In this document: positions 1-13,028 of the stretch, piece by piece
How positions within the stretch are numbered: position 1 is the first letter of the stretch
How the letters are laid out: the number at the start of each line of letters is the position of its first letter
Assembly (NCBI GenBank): GCA_964106915.2
Contig: OZ066920.1
Length of the DNA stretch: 64,000 nt
Origin: Podarcis gaigeae
Taxonomy: Eukaryota
Direction: 5' to 3' (one strand)
Notes under the pieces: model-generated
Databases searched by the model: none
Told to the model about the DNA's origin: nothing
Seen by the model: only the letters and a program-made list of their open reading frames with translations
Made by a program: the position numbers and the translations under genes

Positions 1-86
1 GCAAGTTACTTGGCATGCTCCATTATTATTTACAGGAATAACATGTAGCCACTTTCAGGGGCTAGAATAACTGTTTAAGATAACTA

Positions 87-285
87 GAGTGGTACCTTGG
101 GTTTATTACTTAATTCGTTCTGGAGGTCCGTTCTTAACCTGAAACTGTTCTTAACCTGAGGTACTTTAGCTAATGGGCCCTCCCACTGCCGCCAGTGCGC
201 GATTTCTGTTCTCATCCTGAAGCAAAGTTCTTAACCCGAGGTACCATTTATGGGTTAGCGGAGTCTGTAACCCGAGGTACCACTG
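87..285. mobile_element. Tc1/mariner(pogo)-type non-autonomous MITE (CAGTGGTACCTCGGG TIR family)
   Basis: TIRs gagtggtaccttggg...cccgaggtaccactg flanked by TA; internal sequence is the reverse complement of copies at 25007 and 33280, with deletions. Confidence 0.8.
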
Positions 286-1399
286 TACTGCAGAAACCAT
301 ACGCAAAGCAGAGAGTTCTTCAATGAGTTGCTTCTCTGTGGTTAAGAATGACTGTGCCTTCACGTTCCATCTCTTTTGGTATTACCAAACACATATCTGC
401 ACATGTTTTCCCCACCCCAACTGAAGATAACATGACACAACCTATGTGGAAAGCATCTTGTGAATGGCTCAATACATTTTCAGGTTGTAAGAGAATGCTT
501 GTCACCTCATTTCACTGGATTTTTGCCATAAATTATTGTTATGACCTGCACTATTCAACCATGAGTAAAATCAGCTCAATTGGAAAATGTTTTTAGACTA
601 TATATACATATCACTGCTGCTATAATCTTTGCAGAGGCATTTCCTCCTGTGTGTGTGAGAAGAGGGTATTTCTGTTAGAAGACAACACTCGACAGCTGCA
701 CTTTTATAACTAGTTGAATTTTTTATTTTAAATCAATTAAAATCTGCTGCCCAATCAACTGAGAGCACTTTCTGAAAAGTCACATGAAATCAAATATCTA
801 ACCAATTAATCAGTGAAATATATCTCTTTGAAATCTTATTACCCGACTAACTGCTTGTATGGTGTAAAGACTATAGAGAAAGGAAAGGGAAGTGACGGCT
901 CTAAAAACCCAAAAAGAGAGAGAGAAGAGGGGATCCCAAAGAAGTTATAGTAAAAAGAGAAACCAGATGAAGGAAATGAAAAAGGTATGTCAAGTGCTAC
1001 CGAGTATGGCTAGACTAAGATGCACAGGAATAGCTGTGGCAGCTCTTCTACATTCTATTTTTGAGAAACTTTGCAGACTTCCCATATACGCATCCTACTG
1101 AGCCTGCATGATCAACTGTGAACTGCTGGGAAATTAAATGACTGAGTCTCCCGCACAGCTGAGCCATCTCAGCCTCCAGAGGACAGGCAGGGTTGGGGGG
1201 AACTGGCCGCAGCCTTCACAGGAAGAGCCTTAAAACAGTTCGGGAAAGGAAGGGGAACTTTTTGGAGATAGACATAATTCGCTTATCCCGAAGTGACTGA
1301 TGCCTGCCTTTTGAATGGCAGCCTCCTGCTCTAGCACAAAGCAACCGTTCCACCTTCGACTTCCTTCATACTCATCCTAGCAACTCTACTAAACTCTCC

Positions 1400-2100
1400 C
1401 CGCCCCCGCCTCAAAAAGCAAAAGGAGCTCTGCGCGAGCTGCCCAACCGCCATAAAGTGCTCTGGGACGTGACCTCTCGCAGCCTCCATCTCACCTCGCC
1501 TTATCAGGAACATTTACGCCGCCGAGGGCCCCTTGCACCGAAACCCGCGCATCTCCTCCTCTTCCTGCGGGTGCCTGAGGGAGCAGCGCCGCCGGCGACC
1601 GACCTTCCTCCTTCCCCCCGCCCCGCGCCCCTCTTCCGGCCCCCGGCCCGCGACGCCTCCCCAGATGCAGCAGCTCGCGCCTCCGCCGTGCAGCTTTTTT
1701 GCCGCTGCTCTTTCTGAGCGGTTGGCGACAATAAGCAGGAGCGCTCGGCAGCGAGGGAATCGGCCCTGCCTATGTGACGTCACGACAGCCAGCGGCGCCT
1801 CCGTCAATGGAAGGAACCGCCCCGCGCTCCCGGCCCCGCGACTCCTGGGTCCTAGCGAGAGACGCGTCCGCGACGATTTGGAGAAGCGGGCAAGAGGAAG
1901 CGACGTCCAGTGGCGTAGTGTGGGGGTGCGGGGCGCCCGGTCGCAACATGGGGGGGGGGGGGCGCGCTCGCACTCGAGTGCTAAAATCCACGGGTTAGGG
2001 GGCGCAAATTACTTGCCTTCCCCCGTGTGCTGAGAACCCACGCTACGCCACTGGCGACGTCCCAGTTTATTTGTCTTTTTAAGAACGGGTACTTTTTTTT
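1400..2100 (-). promoter_or_regulatory. CpG island promoter / probable non-coding first exon of a minus-strand gene leaving the window (SLC66A2/PQLC1 by synteny only)
   Basis: Very GC/CpG-rich with GC boxes and a full CRE TGACGTCA at 1775-1782; candidate minus-strand donor GAG|GTGAGA with exon ending at 1495; no recognisable coding exon. Identity is inferred from the human order SLC66A2-HSBP1L1-TXNL4A-RBFA. Confidence 0.55.
1908..2053. mobile_element. hAT-type MITE with perfect 8-bp TSD
   Basis: TIR cagtggcgtag...ctacgccactg; TSD gcgacgtc at 1900-1907 and 2054-2061. Confidence 0.85.
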
Positions 2101-3589
2101 TTGCCCCAGTCTCTCTGCCATGCGAGTACTGGAGTGTGCTTGGTGGGATTGCTTTCCCCAAGATATGGGGAGAGGAAAAGTGTTTTTTCGCAGAGCAGCA
2201 TCAAGGAAGGTGTTTCTAAAAGGCTTTTCAAATGACGTCATCCTCGCCAAAGCAACAGCAGAGAACTTGCTATTTTTAACTATTGGTAAAAAGTAATTGC
2301 TGGTCCGTTCCCCCAATCAATTATCAATTTTTTATGCACTGTATGTAAATTCTTGCCTCAAACAGGACTTGTGATGACCTTTGAAGCAGTGAACCGATGG
2401 ATAATTGACTTCCGTTATTAGTAGTAGTATTTATTCCCTTCTTTATATTCAATGTTGCTTTTAACCAAAGCAGAATTCAGAGTTATAAATGCCAAAACAT
2501 CAATAAAACCAGCTCTTTAAAACAGGGCTGGGGATTAGGAAACTAGTGGTCCCCCAGGTGTTGTTCTAAGTCCTTGTAGGAAATGTAAAGCTCTGGAGTG
2601 CTACTGATATTCCTCAGAGATTACTTCACAGTTACTGTTTTGTGTGCGTGTATACTCTATTCTCACATGGTTGCTGAAATGATCATATCTAAAAAGGAGG
2701 TTCCAGCTCCCAAAGAAAATCCAGGCTACAGTACAATCCCAAGTACATTTATTCAGAAGAAGAACTGAGGTCAACGGGATAACAACCTTTATGTTAATAG
2801 TAGTGATATGGCTGTGCAGAGGCACTCCTCCAAAAACCTTTGCTACTGTGGAGGCTCCTTAAGCACTTAGTAAAAGTATGGATGGCTAGGAAGTTACTGG
2901 TGGTGGAAGTCCTGCTAATGATAGCCAGTGTAAGACCACAAAACTGGAGTGTTGCAGATAGTGGAGCAGGACCATCCATGGATCAGCTGAATCCTAAACT
3001 GCTCCATTTAAAGATTAGAGGCTTGAGACAAGCTCCTCTGCTACATCAGCCTTGAGCCGGTGCAGCAAAACATAACATAATTGAATTGTAGAGTTGGAAC
3101 AGACCATGAGGGACTCTCATGCAACTCAGTAAATATATATAAGAAATAGGTTACTGATATATTGATAGCAAAGTAATACCAGACACCTGAAAATGATCTA
3201 GAATGTGCCTTGTATTTTATTTTGAAGTGATCTGTGATATTTCATGCATCTCGGTTATAAGCTAAATTACCGTCAAGGGGTCAGAGAAACCTTTGTTCCA
3301 TAAATAGCTTTTCTATGTCAGCTTAAGTAACAGCATATACTTCACAGTTGCTAGAGGTCACACATCTCATGTGGCAGTCATCATGCATCTTGTTCTAGCA
3401 CACACTTGCTCATATCACAGCCTGACTATAATGAATCCCATGCAGTTCTTCTTAATGGCTATGATGGAAGCTAGCTTCAACCAGTCACACAGAACCGTCT
3501 ACCTCCCTTTATTTTCTTTTATCAAACCGTGCATGAACAAGGAAACAATGTCCTGCTGGAACTGATTATCTGCAGGAGAGGAAGGCAGG

Positions 3590-3906
3590 AGATGAACCCC
3601 CAGTGAGATCCAGCACCGAGGGCCTTCTGGCGGTTCCCTCATTGTGAGAAGTGAGGTTACAGGGAACCAGGCAGAGGGCCTTCTTGGTAGTGGTGCCCGC
3701 CCTGTGGAACACCCTCCCATCAGATATCAAGGAAATAAGCAGCTATCTTATTTTTAAAAGACACCTGAAGGCAGCCTTGTTTAGGGAAGTTTTTAATATT
3801 TAATGTTGTATTGTTTTTAACACTCGATTGGGAGCTGCCCAGAGTGGCTGAGGAAACTCAGCCAGATGGGCGGGGTATAAATAATAAATTATTATTATTA
3901 TTATTA
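3590..3906 (+). mobile_element. 5'-truncated L2-type LINE 3' end
   Basis: Typical L2 terminus (agggccttc...ctgtggaac..cctccc, ctgaag...ttgttt, gggcggggtataaataataaa) ending in a (TTA)n tail. Confidence 0.7.
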
Positions 3907-4121
3907 TGAAGAAATTAACCTTTGGCAATGCAGCAGCCTAACAAGCAGGCTTCATCCCTCAATTTCTTTTCTTTTCTTTTTTACTAAGATATCCCACCCT
4001 CTTCATTATCAAATGGCACACATCCAGCATTTCCCATCAAGCCTAATTTAACCACAAGTATTCCTGCCAGCCTTTCACCTACAATTATTTTTGCAGATTG
4101 ATACAATCTGTAGAGCTGGAG

Positions 4122-4268
4122 CAGTGGCGTAGCGTGGGTTGTCAGCACCCAGGGCAAGGCAAGTAATTTGCGCCCCCTAACCCGTGGATTTGCGCCCCCT
4201 AACCCTAACCCCCAGATGTTGCGCCCGGTGCGGCCAGCCACCACTGCACCCCCCACACTATGCTACTG
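4122..4268. mobile_element. hAT-type MITE, same family as 1908-2053, opposite orientation
   Basis: Shared TIR cagtggcgtag; perfect 8-bp TSD agctggag at 4114-4121 and 4269-4276. Confidence 0.85.
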
Positions 4269-4329
4269 AGCTGGAGGAAGCACACGGTGGCCTCTGACAC
4301 TAGCCAAGGGGCCAAAGGCTTTTGGAAAG

Positions 4330-4620
4330 CTGCAGTCCCTGCCCCACCACGAAGAAACTGTGGGAAGAGAAATACCATTCCATCTTCAATCACATTCCCA
4401 TCTCACCTATCCTTCCATTACTATTGGATGCCATCTTCAGTTCTCACATCTCAATTGCCAAACCTCAATTTTCCCCCTTATCTTTTGTCATGTCTAACCA
4501 ACATGGACAGGGGACTTTATAATTATACTACCCAGCATACTCCTGACCAAAATAAAACACAAATCATATTAAGAAAATGGCAGTCTTTGGTCTGCGGCTC
4601 AGCAATGTATGGGACTCCCT
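4330..4620 (+). mobile_element. Possible highly decayed L1-like ORF2 C-terminal remnant
   Basis: Translated fragments CPTTKKLWEE...IPISPILPLLL and IILRKWQ resemble the CPKVKAFWEM...LPKKPEAFLL...ILIAKYWK end of the L1 ORF2 in this window; frameshifted. Confidence 0.35.
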
Positions 4621-5569
4621 AGCTGAGCTATGATGTTCTGTGTGGCACTGGACAAGTAATTATTCCTCCCCACAGTTGCCATTTATGACATAGAAACATT
4701 TACAGTTCATACTGAATCTAGAAATGCAGTTGAGATTAATATGATAAAGTTTAAACAACACATACGCATGTAATCATCAATAATAATCTTTTTAATAATA
4801 ATCTTTGTTGTCCTTGTAAATACGGATATATTCGGTCAGGTATCCGTTTATCGTTTTTTTGGATGACTCCCAGAAAGCCCAAAGAAAAGCAGTCACAATC
4901 TACAGTACTAGTATAACTTGTTCTGCCAGTTTCTCACACATATTTTCTCAGCAAATGCAAGCCATCTGTGTACTTAAGAGTGAGTAGGAACATTTGAGAG
5001 TATGTCTCAACCTTAATTATGGTTGCCAGACACTCCTTCTTTAAAGAATTCCTCATTGACAACTCCACGGAGATATGTGGCCTGCGTTTCCTTCCAAATA
5101 TTATGGTCAGGATCTCAAGAACTGTGAAACCAGTTCTGCCAGTCCAGCAGGGCTTTTGACTTGTTTTCTCTAGCACCATAGTCTCCTTTCCCTGCCAGAT
5201 GACAGCTAGCTATTGAAACTGAGGGGCGCCATTGAGGCTCCCAGCCTTTGTGTGTGTGCACACGCAAATGGGTGCCAACTGGGTCTTTGACCAGGGTGAA
5301 ATAAAGCCTTGTTTCGCCTGGGACATGCGTAGTGCACATCTACAGTGGGGCATACACTTAAATAATGATGAAATGACCATACTTACCAGGGTTATGTCTC
5401 CTCTCCCTTGTTTTCCTGATGTTATGCACTTTCTTATTAATTAAAAAGTATTTTCTCTTTTTTATAGGAAAGTTCTCTCTTCTTGTTGTTTTTACTATAT
5501 TTGATGGGGGGAGGGGGTTTATGTTCAGAGCCACGTGAGAAAGGGAATGCTATATATATATACTATATA

Positions 5570-5709
5570 CAGTGATTTTTTTCTGGGGGGACGCATACCC
5601 CTAAACATTGTGTGAATCTAAGTTTGGCCTCATTGAGGGGCAGTATTTCAATATGAGCAGAAAAATGAGAGTACCCCTAAACATTTTTAAAGAGAGGAAA
5701 AAAACACTG
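5570..5709. mobile_element. MITE (cagtg-ttttttctgggggg family; second copy at 51400-51564)
   Basis: Terminal inverted cagtg..ttttttc / gaaaaaaa..cactg and shared internal catacccctaaaca motifs. Confidence 0.6.
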
Positions 5710-5779
5710 CATGAATACATCCCTCAACTTGTACTATTCATTGAAACATCCAAGCTGTGCCTTGAACGTTGGAAGTTGG

Positions 5780-6350
5780 CAGTTGGCGGGGGAACTAAGC
5801 GCGGCCTTCCATCAACGGCTGCCGCCTGGCGACAAGGCACGCGGGCGGGTCGCTACGGGGGCGGAGGCGGGCAGGCTCAACGGCCACCACTACCCCGTCG
5901 CCGCGCAGGCGCGGGGCTGAAGGCGCGCGCCGCCGGCTCCCGCTTCTCCCACTGGCCTGCCAAACTGGCCTGCCGTTTGAGGAGGGAAGAGCGGGGAGGC
6001 GAGGGACGAGGCGGCGGCGGCGCCACCACAGCGAGGGAGGAGGAGGACAGGATGGCGGACAACGACCCTCAGAGCGCCAGGGAGCTCTCTCAGTTCGTGA
6101 GTGCTGGACGCTGCCTCGCATTTGGCAGCGCCTCTCGGGGCTGCGTGGGTTTTAGCTCGAAGGCTGCGCCTCCCTCACGAAATGTGTCGCTGCGTGGAGA
6201 GAGGGGGCGGGTCTCGTCGCTGCTTTGGCAATAAATGGGGCGTGGGGAAAATGGGGTACTACTTCTAGCGGGTCAGAGAGAAATCCAACCGTCGAAGATT
6301 TCGCCAACTTGGAGCCGCAGGGAAGGCGGTCCATTAAGGGGGGGGGGGAG
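5780..6350 (+). promoter_or_regulatory. CpG island promoter of HSBP1L1
   Basis: GC/CpG-rich with GC boxes, surrounding the ATG at 6052. Confidence 0.75.
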
Positions 6351-9300
6351 TTCTTGCCTCTCAGAAAAAGGTAGCTGAAGGCAGAGAGGGCAGAAATACG
6401 GAAAGGCTTTTAAAAGGGACAACGACGACACGGTTATTCCTCTTAACTGAAGGTTTCACGTCCCACTTTGGTAGTTAATACCACTTTCAACTTTGCCTTT
6501 CCTCCAGGAAATGAGGCTATATACTTCTAATTCGCATCACAGTCCTAACCAGGAGATAATAAATATGAAGTATTCAGATAAGTGCAGGAGTCTTAAAACG
6601 ATACTTTCATTTTAGTAATTAATCCTTGCCCCTGTTTCATTTTCGTACTTCACAGGCGCGTCATATAGTTTGTGCCACACAAAGAAATCTTAGCCGATTA
6701 ATAATGAGTTTTAGTCAAATCGGTTCCCGTCTGTCTGCCCAAGTCAGCATACAAGACAAAGCGGTTTTAAAGGGAGAAACGGTTTGTTCTCATCTTAGAC
6801 TTAGATGATGTACACATGAGCTGCAGAGGGAATGAGGACTTGTATTGCATTTCAAAATTATTAACAGTGCAATAATCTTATCATTGCAGCTTTTTAGTTG
6901 AGGAGACTGCTATATTGCATTAACTAATTAATCAACAAAAGGTTGCTGTACTAATAGCCACCAACCTATTGTTTCACTGTTCGTACACATAAATTCATAT
7001 TTGTTATAGGTAACAAAAGTCGCAAGGGGAAGTGTTCCTACTTGAATTCTATATATCTTAATCACAACTGGTAGAGTAAACGTAACTTTTAAAGTATATA
7101 CAATACAATCATCTTCTCTCAGCTGGATATGGGCAGGTTTTCTGTTTTTAGGATGCTGACAGGTACAGAGATACTAACTTTACAGTACACAGTTGTTGCA
7201 CACTCTGCTTACAAGATTCTCATTTCCCAATAGCATGTTACATAATGGATTCATCATTGAGCTTCATTGTTCTTTTTTAATTACACATTGATAATTACAG
7301 CTTCCATGTCAAATATAAATTCTTGGTATGCCAAGCACTTATGCAATCATTTCTGCCCCCACCCCTGAGCATATTAGTAACATTCACACATAAACAGAAA
7401 TGTTACACAGAAAAAATATGTTGTTGAAACAGATTGGCAGAGCAATCTCATTGTGATGGGTGGGCAGATTTAATGGTGGAAGAAGCACTGAGTTTGAGTC
7501 CCACTGGGCTTGTCATTCAGTTTTCTTTCCCAACAATTCCAGTGTTCTTGTTTTTTGTTTCATTTGGTTTTCAGTTTTGCTCCTATTGAGTCCCATGGGA
7601 CAAATTCCCTACACCAGCTCCAGGGCTGGTGTAGTTTTCTTCTAATTTGGATGGTCTATCCAGGAAATGGAAACTTTGGATCCAATGCCTCATTCAATCT
7701 GCCCTCCCCCAGAGAATGAACCATCTTGCATCAGAGCACTGGTGCTGCAGAGCTGAAACCTCTGTGGCCACAACAAAGAGGTCTCAAAGAATGAAATTCT
7801 CTCTCCACATTCATAGTGAGGCATCTACAATATCATTTGCCCTTAAGAAAGCTTCTCAGTGACCATAGGACTATGCTCTTCCATTCATAATCTTACTTTT
7901 CCTCTGGGCCCCTCTATCCTTACTTTATCTAGACATCTACTGTACTGGTGTTTTAAACCACAATTTTCCTTGGTCCCTGAGCCATGGGCATAGCCAGGGT
8001 TAATTTAGGGGGGCAGACCTTGTGTTGGGGGGCAGAACCGAGTTATCTGTGATGCAATTGGTCAGTTAAGTATTTTTATTTATTTACTTGATTTAGGGGG
8101 GCAGCTGCTCCCCCTGGCTACACCCATGGGTCCCTCCATTCTTACTTTACTAGATATCTGCACTTGTTTAAAACACCCACTTTTTTCTTTCAGGATTCTT
8201 TCCTTCTCACTGTACTCAGCCTTTTCCCTCTTCCATTCCTCATCTGACTCATATGAGAGAGATAAAGGATGTGGAGCCCTAAAATATTCCATTGTATGAA
8301 GGTACTTTACGCAAACCTCTGCCAATGTTCAAAATTGCTGTCCTCTTTTGTTTCTTCCATGCATTTTACAATACCTTCCTTTAGTCAGCCTTAATAAGTA
8401 GCTAGCATTTCCTATCCCAGTGTACAAATCCAAGCCGACTATTTTTATGCCATTTTATTACAGCAAATTGAAGGACTCATTTTCCAACAGTATAAACACA
8501 TTTTGCTAACCGTATCTTTTTTTCCAGGCAGAAAATCTACTACAACAGTTACAGGAAAACTTTCAAGCACTGACGGACAAATTACTTCTAAGAAATATCC
8601 TTTTCAGTTTATTTTCTAAAACTAATCACAAATTCTGCCGATTGATCACACTTTTGAAGCCATTTATGTAACCTGCTTGATTTATAATTACCAATTTTTT
8701 TTCCAAAATACTGCTTATGATTCTAAAAGTTGGATAAAAATACATTCAAATATATTGTAATAAGAATTGCTAAAAAGAAATTGTACAAATTGCCTGGAAC
8801 AGTAATCAGTGATGGGAATCCAATAAATCTTATGCAAATACATAAGGGAGCCCAGTAGCTCTCATTTATTACTTCAGTCCACCAAGGGCCATTAAAGGGC
8901 CACAGAGAAGTTATACCAGTCATTTATACTGACCAATGCCTTTAAAACAAAAATCTTATGCCTACACAGAAGTAAGCTCCGTTGAATTCACCGAGCATGC
9001 ATATAGGATTGCAGCCTGTTTTCTCATTCAAAACCACTCTTGACTGGCATGTCCTTCAGTTTCATGTCACTTTGAGCATTAGACTATACCTGGTGAAAGG
9101 GCAATCTGTCTTTCCACTGCTTGATTACTAAAAACAAAGAAAACAACCACAATGCTCTTTAACCTTTTATTACCAGATGAAATGGGCGAGCGCATAGATG
9201 ATTTAGAGAAGCATGTTACTGGACTAATGGCACAAGCTGGGATAGAAAACACCAGTGAAGAACTAACAGTAAGATTCTGGTTTTGTTAAATAAGGTGGTA

Positions 9301-10592
9301 TTGATAGTCATCTGTCTGTGAGTATAATATTTTTGAAACACCAGTTCAGATGAAAACACTCTCAGTGTTCTTTTTGTTTGGGCTGCATTACAGTGGTGCC
9401 TCACTAGACGAAAAGAATCTGTTCCGCGATTCTCTTTGTCTAGCGGTTTTTTCGTCTTGCGAAGCAAGCCCATTGACAGCTTAGCGGATTAGCGCTACAG
9501 CTGTCTAGCGGCTTCTAGCGATCAGCTGTTAAGCGGCTTATCAGCGGAACAGCTGATAAGTGGCTTAGCGGCTTAGGAAAAGGGTGAAAAAAGCGGGGGG
9601 AAACCGCGGGGGGACGCAAGATTTTTTCGTCTTGCGAAGCAACCCCATAGGGAAATTCGTTTTGCGAAGCACCTCCAAAACGGAAAACCCTTTCGTCTAG
9701 CGGGTTTTCCGTTTTGCGAGGCGCTCGTCTTGCGGGGCACCACTGTACATTGATTGATTGACTGATTGGTTGAAGATTAATAGCCACCCTTCAATGATAC
9801 AGATTTATTGATAAAATCCTTTTCAAAACAAAATCTTTTTCTTTCTTAAAAAGACCAGCAAATAGCTCAACAGAGAAGGCTAAATCAATGATTCATTAAA
9901 AAAAAATAAAGTCATGAATACATTTTTTACAAACAAAATTTAAAGTACCTGAGCAAACTAATACATTTTATTTAGTTCGTACATGTCAAAAATCCTGAGT
10001 GTAGGACTGCGCTTCACAGAGAAGGCTCTTCCATGTCATTACCAAATTAGCATCTCCTAACAATGGAAAATGAGGGAAATCCCCCTCTGCTAATATTAAA
10101 GCATGGACAGGCTAATAGAGGTAGAAGTTAACTCAAGCCAATGAGAGAAGCAGTTATTTTAAGAGTGTATTCAACAACTGAGTACTCAAAAGTGCTTGGG
10201 TGTGGAAAAGAAGGTATGAATGCATAGTAGTTTAATTACAATGCAAATGTAGGTGAGTGCAGGGAAGACATGCAGTTACAGATAGTTCAGGGAAACTAAA
10301 ATTAAGTAGATGCAGCATGTTGCAGAAGAATGGTATAGCAGATGCCTGTTTAGTATAGCTAAATATTCTGTCATAAGAATATTCTGACATTATATTGTTC
10401 TAGTACAAAAAAATTCACCAGAAAAATGTGTCTACTCATTCAATGGCATTCTTCTCATTATAAATTAGAAGAATATGTAAATGTGGAATGTGATAATGAA
10501 AGTCTATTTAGAGGCCAAATTCGGGCCTGATGGTTTCATTTTCCTAATTTTAACTCAAGCCTTGTGCTAATATTAATTTTGTACAGCATTGA
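6052..10592 (+). CDS. HSBP1L1: Heat shock factor binding protein 1-like 1 (70 aa, 4 coding exons)
   Basis: Exons 6052-6096, 8528-8594, 9174-9268, 10587-10592 give [70 protein letters not shown], an HSBP1-family coiled coil. Intron 2 is AT-AC; AATAAA at 10962-10967; lies next to TXNL4A as in other vertebrates. Confidence 0.88.
8595..9173 (+). other. U12-type (minor spliceosome) AT-AC intron of HSBP1L1
   Basis: 5' site ATATCCTTTT at 8595; branch sequence TCTTTAAC at 9156-9163; terminal AC at 9172-9173; preserves the reading frame. Confidence 0.88.
9391..9745. mobile_element. Tc1/mariner-type MITE (cagtggtgcctc family; relative at 48316-48579)
   Basis: TIR cagtggtgcc...ggcaccactg with TA flanks; internal cgtcttgcgaagca and tagcgg repeats. 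Confidence 0.8.
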
Positions 10593-11570
10593 AGAGGGAG
10601 ACATGAAAACGACAAAAAAACTACGCTTGGAACTGAATAACTGTATGGCTATAGCGGAAGAAAAATCAAGAAGAACATGTAAAGTCACTTGCATTCATTA
10701 TTTCTCTAATGAAGGTATCATTTGCTTTTAAACACTTTCGCATGAGTCAAAGTCATTATTCATCCTTGAGATCGGTGGACTACTTAAGTTTACCTGTGTG
10801 TCTAACATTGGAATCACCCCAACGAACACTGAAACCTAGTTTACTGTAACACAGATTATGTTCATGTAAGTTTCCATTGTATTTTTGCCCATGGGTTCTT
10901 ATCTTTCCCTAGGGTTGTCTGCTGTGCCAGTTTTGTTGCTCAACAACTTTGGGCAAAACTAAATAAAGCTCAACAACCCTACTTTTTCTCTTGGTAGATC
11001 ATACAGGGATAAATGTTACGAGCACCAGATGAGAAGAGACCATACTAAGACTAACAAAACTGGGGGGAAATTCAGAAGTTTGCAGCTCCTATGTTCCCTC
11101 CCCCCACCTCATTGGCTGACTAGTACCTGTATGAGTTGCATGTTTTGAACTCTGACCACTGCATGCCACTGGAGCACAGACCAGCCAGAACTAAATTGAT
11201 TTTAATTCTCAGGATAAATTCAAGATATTAGGTGTCTTAATTATGTAAGAACCGTAACCCAGAAGCACACAAGCCCATGTCAATTTGTAACACCATTAAT
11301 GATGTGAATTACACAAACAAACCTAGGAACCAGTGGCAGGTTTATAGATACACATGGAATTAGGGCCCCCTGAGGCTGAGCAGCCCCAAAATTATTAATA
11401 TAATTTTTTAACTGAGAGGATACTTTTGAAACAAATAAGGAATTGTCATTGATGAATTATAGTGTTTTAGTTTTGTTTCTACAAAATGATATTTGTGTGT
11501 AGAGGCCAAACAAAATATTTCTTTTCGAAGGAAATTCCTATATATTTCCTTTCAGTAAAAACTGTAGTAA

Positions 11571-11942
11571 GTAAAGGTAAAGGACTCCTGGACAGTTAAG
11601 TCCAGTCAAACTTGACTATGGGGTGTGGCACTCATCTCGCTTCAGGCCGAGGGAGCTGGTGTTTGTCCAGACAGCTTTCTGGGTCATACTGTGGCCAGTA
11701 TGACTAAACCACCTCTGGTGCAGCGGAACACTGACGGAAGCCAGAGCGCATGCAAATGTCGTTTAGTTTCCCGTCACAGCGGTACCTATTTATTTCCACT
11801 GGTATGCTTTCGAGCTGCTACTTTGGTAAAGCTGGGACAGAGCAATGGGAGCTCACCCCATTGCACGGATTCAAACTGCCAACTTCATAATAAGCAAGCC
11901 GAAGAGGCTCAGTGGTTTAGACCACAGCACCACCCGTGTCCC
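11571..11942 (-). mobile_element. Sauria SINE
   Basis: Minus strand starts GGGACACGGGTGGTGCTGTGG (tRNA-derived head) and ends in an (ACCTTT)-type tail seen as gtaaaggtaaagg; hallmark of lepidosaur genomes. Confidence 0.85.
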
Positions 11943-12459
11943 TTTACCTTTTTAAAAAACATAGCATAATTACGCTAAGAGGGAAGGAAATAAAAGAAGG
12001 GAGGAAAGTTGCATTTTTTCTTCAAAGACATCCCGGGACATGTATTTCTTTTTGGCCAGCAATGCATACTGTCTGCCTTCCAACTTTCTTGAAAAATCTA
12101 TACTAGAACTGCTTTAGGCTCTGAAAGTGGAACACATAAAACACTGACTGAATTCCCTTATTACAACAATTACTTAATATTACAGTGATTAGTATCAGTT
12201 GGTGCTATGCATGTTTTCTGGTATCCATGGCACTTTAGATTCCCAGATTCTAAAGGTGAGCCTTAAACAATTGCTTGAATCCAAAATTCCTGCTCTGCAA
12301 GGCACTTTCTACTTGCTCACACAAGACAGATAATTCATTCCTATCCCTCTTATCTACAGACCTCAACACACCCTGTCCACCATCCCTAGCCATCTGGTGA
12401 TAGGAGAACAGTATTTGGATCCAAGCCAATCACAAAAAATGTGCCTTGTGGGACTTATA

Positions 12460-12685
12460 CAGTGGTACCTTGGTTCTCGAACTTAATTTGTTCTGGGAGT
12501 CTGTTTGACTCCCAAAACGGTTCAGAAACCAAGGCGCGGTTTCCAATTAGCTGCAGGAGCTTCCTGCACTCAATCGGAAGCCACGTTGGATGTTAGGCTT
12601 CCAAAAAATGTCCACAAATCGGAACACTTATTTCTGGGTTTGCGGCGTTCGGGAGCCAAGCCCTTCAAGTACCAAGGTACCACTG
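12460..12685. mobile_element. Tc1/mariner-type MITE
   Basis: TIR cagtggtaccttgg...ccaaggtaccactg with TA flanks. Confidence 0.8.
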
Positions 12686-13028
12686 TACTGTATTTTTGTA
12701 TTTTTATATTCTGATGAAATATGGTTTATGTTGTCTAGAGGCATTTGTTATGTTTCAACTGGACATAGCTCAATCCATTCCTATAGAAAATAATAGTTTT
12801 ATAAAAATAATATTCTGAAAAATGTAAGATTCAAAACACTTTATGTGTAAAAGACATACTTTATTTCTAACATCAAGTAAGGTTTTTTTGCATAAAAAAT
12901 AAGGTAAAATATTTACATAAATTCAAATATATATTCACAATGGAGACGAAAGCAAGAAGGAACACTTTATACAAAGTTTTGAGTTTACGAAGCTCCAGAA
13001 GTAGACTTGTAGTAAAATGATCAAATGA

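Noticed and set aside
1457-2033. Several overlapping 60-166 aa ORFs
   Set aside because: GC-rich CpG island with few stop codons; low-complexity Arg/Pro/Ala/Gly translations; one crosses a MITE
4186-4214. CCCTAA telomere-like repeats
   Set aside because: Only a few units, internal to the hAT MITE family; not an interstitial telomere array
5608-6234. 208-aa ORF
   Set aside because: Starts inside a MITE at a non-ATG codon; only 6052-6096 is real HSBP1L1 coding sequence
9470-9580. Short repeated TAGCGG units resembling a repeat-spacer array
   Set aside because: Irregular internal tandem repeats of a MITE; no constant repeat/spacer structure and no cas genes in a vertebrate locus
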